A DNA stretch of 64,000 nucleotides from the human T2T-CHM13v2.0 reference genome, Homo sapiens, in the NCBI RefSeq assembly GCF_009914755.1, contig NC_060928.1. One strand, 5' to 3'. Below, piece by piece: positions 60,636 to 64,000 of the stretch; position 1 is the stretch's first letter, and every line of letters starts with the position of its first letter. Made by a program: the position numbers and the translations under genes. The notes below the pieces were generated by a model that worked only from the letters and a program-made list of their open reading frames with translations, was not told the origin of the DNA and did not search any database.

Positions 60636-61800
60636 CTTTGTGGATTTATCTATTTTTGGCTTCTGATGCTGAGGACTTTGGAAAAGTTTTTTGTGTTGGC
60701 GTCCTTTTTGTTGATGTTGATGTTATTACTTTCTGTTAGTTTTTCTTCTAACAGTGAGGCCCCTCTTCTGCACGTCTGCTGGAGTTTGCGGGAGGTCCTC
60801 TCCAGACCCTCTGTGCCTGGGTATCACCAGCAGAGGATGAAGAACAGCAAAGATTGCTGCCTGCTCCTTCTTCTGGAAGCTTCATCCCAGAGGGTCACCC
60901 ACCAGAATCCAGCTGGAGCTCTCCTGTATGAGGTGTCTGTTGACCCCTGCTGGGAGGGTCACCCCATCAGGAGGCATGGGGGTCAGGGACCCACTTGAGG
61001 AGGCAGTATGTCCCTTAGCAGAGCTCGAATGCTGTGCTGGGAGATCTGCTGCTCTCTTCAGAGCCTGCAGGCAGGAAAATTTAGGTCTACTGAAGCTGCG
61101 CCCACAGCCACATCTTCCCCTACGTGCTCTGTCCCAGGAAGTTGGGAAGTCTATCTATAAGCCTACTCAAGCCTCGGTAGTGGCAGATGCTCCTCCCCCG
61201 ACCAAGCTCGAGCATCCCAGGTTGATTTCAGACTGCTGTGCTGGCAGCAAGAATTTTAAGCCAGTGGATCTTAGCTTGCTGGGCTCTGTGGGGATGGAAT
61301 CCACTCAGCTATACCACTTGGTTCCCTGGCTTCAGCCCTGTTTCCAGGGGCATGAATGGTTCTGTCTCACTGGCGTTCCAGGTGTCACTGGGGTATGAAA
61401 AAAACTCCTGCAGCTAGCTCGCTGTCTGCCCAAATGGCCGTCCAGTTTTGTGCCTGAAACCTAGGGCCCTGGTGGTGTAGGCACCCGAGGGAATCTCCTG
61501 GTTTGTGGGTTGCGAAGACTGTGGGACAGCATAGTATGTGCACTGGAGTGCACTGTTCCTGAAGGCAGGCTCCCTCAGGGCTTCCTTTGGCTAGGGGTGG
61601 GAGTTTCCCGACCTCTTGGACTTCCCAGCTGAGGCAACACCCCACCCTGCTTCTGCTCGCCCTCTGTGGGCTGCACCCACTGTCTAACCAGTCCCAGTGA
61701 GATGAACCAGGTACCTCCAGGTACCTCAGTTGGAAATACAGAAATCACCCACCTTCTGTGTTGATCTCACTGGGAGCCGCAGACTGGAGCTGTTCCTATT

Positions 61801-61810
61801 TGGCCATCTT
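61801..61810 (-). promoter_or_regulatory. YY1 site at the L1 5' end
   Basis: AAGATGGCCA on the minus strand, about 20 nt from the L1 start, the established L1 YY1 element position. Confidence 0.75.
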
Positions 61811-61828
61811 ACCAGCCACCCACCCTCC

Positions 61829-61978
61829 TTTTTTTTTTTTTTTTTTTTTTTTTTGAGACAGAGTCTTGCTCTTGTTGCCCAGGCTGGAGTGCAAAGGCAC
61901 GATCTCAGCTCACTGCAACCTCTGCTTCCTGAGTTCAAGCGATCCTCCTGCCTCAGCCTCCTGAGTAGTTGGGATTAC
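61829..61978 (-). mobile_element. Alu 3' fragment (Sp/Sq-like) with 26-nt poly(A), abutting the L1 5' end
   Basis: T26 then gagacagagtcttgctcttgttgcccaggctgg...gggattac; truncated within the right arm. Confidence 0.93.
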
Positions 61979-62419
61979 CTCAGTAGAATTCAGTTGGGTA
62001 TTTACTTTATTCTAATTTTACTTGCCTTCTAATGTAAATGATTATATAAAGTATTTCTTCCAGTTGGTGTGTATGGAAAAGGTAAATTGCATATTAGTTA
62101 CTTATACAATTTTTGTTTTAATCATTTTTATTGGTCACCTATAAATAGGCAATTGATAAATAATTTTTTCTATCTCCCCTACAATCTGGAAATTAAAATA
62201 ATCTAATCACAGGTCACATCAAAATGATAATTTAAATGGGACTGTCTCCTACATAGCTGCCAAGAAGTTTTCAGCACATAACTTGAACCACATAATTATG
62301 AAGTAATCCCCATGACAACAAAATACATTTTATGTAACAAAGACTAGTTTCCTGCGAAGATTTTACCATTACAAATGAATAATTTTGGCACTGTATATTT
62401 TACTGTGTCTCATTCCTTC

Positions 62420-62894
62420 TCCCCAAACAGATTTGGCTGATTAATTATGTCACTGTCATCCCTTGCTAGGGACGAGGAACATTAAGACAATGTGGGCCAA
62501 TGAGAGAGCAGGAGAGATTTGCTGGGTGTTCTGGAAAAGGAGTTCCTTCTCAACAATTCCATATCTTCTCTCTCTACTCCTTGATCTCTTCTGACCACCT
62601 TCTGACATTTCCTACCAAAGCCACATGCACAGCCACAAAGCCCAGACTGCCACTGGCAGCAAACCTGCCACCACGAGGGGAACTGTCTAAGAATGAAGCC
62701 TGAGTGTAGGCAGCAAAGTAGACGCAAAGAGCCTGTCTTCATGACCTCACTGAGCCAGCAGAAAAACCTGGGACCCACCCTGAAGCATACTGTATCTCTG
62801 TGTCTGCTCATTGATAAACACACAAATGCCCTTTCTCTATATGTCGGTCCAAAGAGGATTTGTTACATGGAGCCAAAAGCATCCTAATTAGTCA
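62420..62894 (+). mobile_element. MLT1 (J/K-like) LTR
   Basis: 'ggccaatgagag...ttctggaaaagg...gccaccacgagggg...gaatgaagcc...tgttacatggagccaaaagcatcctaa'. Confidence 0.7.
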
Positions 62895-63632
62895 TTGAGT
62901 ATACACTTTGTAAGCTAAAGTTAACCAAATATGAACATGTTTGTATTGGTTTAGTAATCATGCAGATTCTTGTTTAGATTGGATATCAAAATTAAACTTT
63001 TCAAACTTAATGTATATTCTGTATCATAATGTCTATTAAAAGAAGATTTTGAAAACAGCCAAAGGTTACAGAGCTAGTCAGTTGAAGGGTCAGAATTTAT
63101 CCCTAGGCAGTCTGGCCGCAGAGCCTGTGCTTTTAACCAGCAAATGAGAGAGGACACTGCAGGGATTTTGACAAGCATGCTCAAGATGGAGCAGAACCAA
63201 AAACTAGTAGTGTCTAAAAAAAAAGAGAGAGAGAGAGAAAGACAGACAGAGAGACGGTGAGGACAGAGTGTCATAAAGAAAACAGAGTGATCAGAAATGT
63301 GCAACGCAACAGAAAAATCAAAATATGAAAAGATCTTAAATTAAGCCTTCATATGAATTGAATTTTACTGCTGGACTTTGAAAAACCAGGTACTCTAGTA
63401 CCTGCTAGGCTGCTAATCTGGGGGTAGTAATTTAAATAATAAATAAAAAGAGGAGAAAAGTAAATGTATCATGTATTTAATTTTTGAGGTTACTAAAACT
63501 GGTATTACTATTATTATTATTATTTTATCTGTATCACAAACCCCCATGGAGTCTTTTCATCCCTAAATCTTCTCCATGTGTTCTCCAAAAATATGTGTTC
63601 TCTTGAAACCCTTTTGCATCTCTTAGTATCTA

Positions 63633-63723
63633 TTAAGTTAGTGCAAAAGTAACTGTGGTTTTTGGAATTAAAAGCAATGACATTTTAATGCCAAAAACTG
63701 CAATTACTTTTGCACCAACCTAA
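63633..63723. mobile_element. MADE1 (Hsmar1-derived MITE), 91 bp
   Basis: ta-TTAAGTTAGTGCAAAAGTAACTGTGGTTTTTG ... CAAAAACTGCAATTACTTTTGCACCAACCTAA; palindromic, with the same TIR as the Hsmar1 at 11.56 kb. Confidence 0.92.
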
Positions 63724-63731
63724 ATCTATTT

Positions 63732-63748
63732 AATCTGTCTATCTGTCC

Positions 63749-63789
<41 letters not shown>

Positions 63790-63846
63790 GTGGTTATCTA
63801 GCTGTTATCTATCTATGTATCTATCTATCTATCTATGTATCTATCT
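63732..63846. repeat. Compound (TCTA)n / GATA-type tetranucleotide STR
   Basis: About 10 pure TCTA units at ~63748-63788, flanked by TCTG/TGTA variants. Confidence 0.95.
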
Positions 63847-64000
63847 AGTAAGAATACACATGTTGGAAGAAATCTATTGATTGGTCTTGTACTGGAATCC
63901 ACATTTTTCCTAACAAAATATTCCAGCCAGACTTTTCTTACATACAAGTGTGTGTAGCCTCATTAGGGAAGGTTCCTAGCCCAAACCATTGATTTGTTAT

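Larger units (their letters stand above)
55328..61828 (-). mobile_element. Full-length decayed L1PA7/8-like LINE-1 (~6.5 kb; L1-B)
   Basis: PolyT at 55328, then 3'UTR, ORF2, ORF1 and 5'UTR, ending in the reverse complement of GGAGGGTGGGTGGCTGGTAAGATGGCCAAATAGGAACAGCTCC. Both ORFs are disrupted. Confidence 0.97.

Overview
This is AT-rich mammalian genomic DNA, primate and human-like (Alu, L1PA and Hsmar1/MADE1 are present). It looks like a gene desert or the interior of a large intron. No host protein-coding exon, RNA gene or CRISPR array is recognisable; every ORF I can interpret is a transposon remnant. Main content: a full-length decayed L1PA7/8-like LINE (55.3-61.8 kb, minus strand), two 5'-inverted (twin-primed) L1PA insertions with TSDs, several truncated L1s, five Alus, a full-length Hsmar1 mariner and a related MADE1 MITE, a deleted ERVL (LTR16/ERV3-16A3-like) provirus, MaLR/ERV LTRs, L2/MIR/CR1 fossils and microsatellites. 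I found no convincing new biological system. The most unusual signals are: (1) a 125-bp perfectly identical tract with shared non-consensus indels between two inverted L1 ORF1 copies about 23.6 kb apart, suggesting gene conversion and a possible inversion substrate; (2) clustered templated-insertion repair scars in the full-length L1; (3) an Alu-polyA fused directly to the L1 5' end; (4) a near-perfect ~64-bp palindrome in apparently unique DNA. Subfamily names come from recalled consensus sequences and need RepeatMasker/Dfam confirmation. Boundaries of ancient repeats are approximate.
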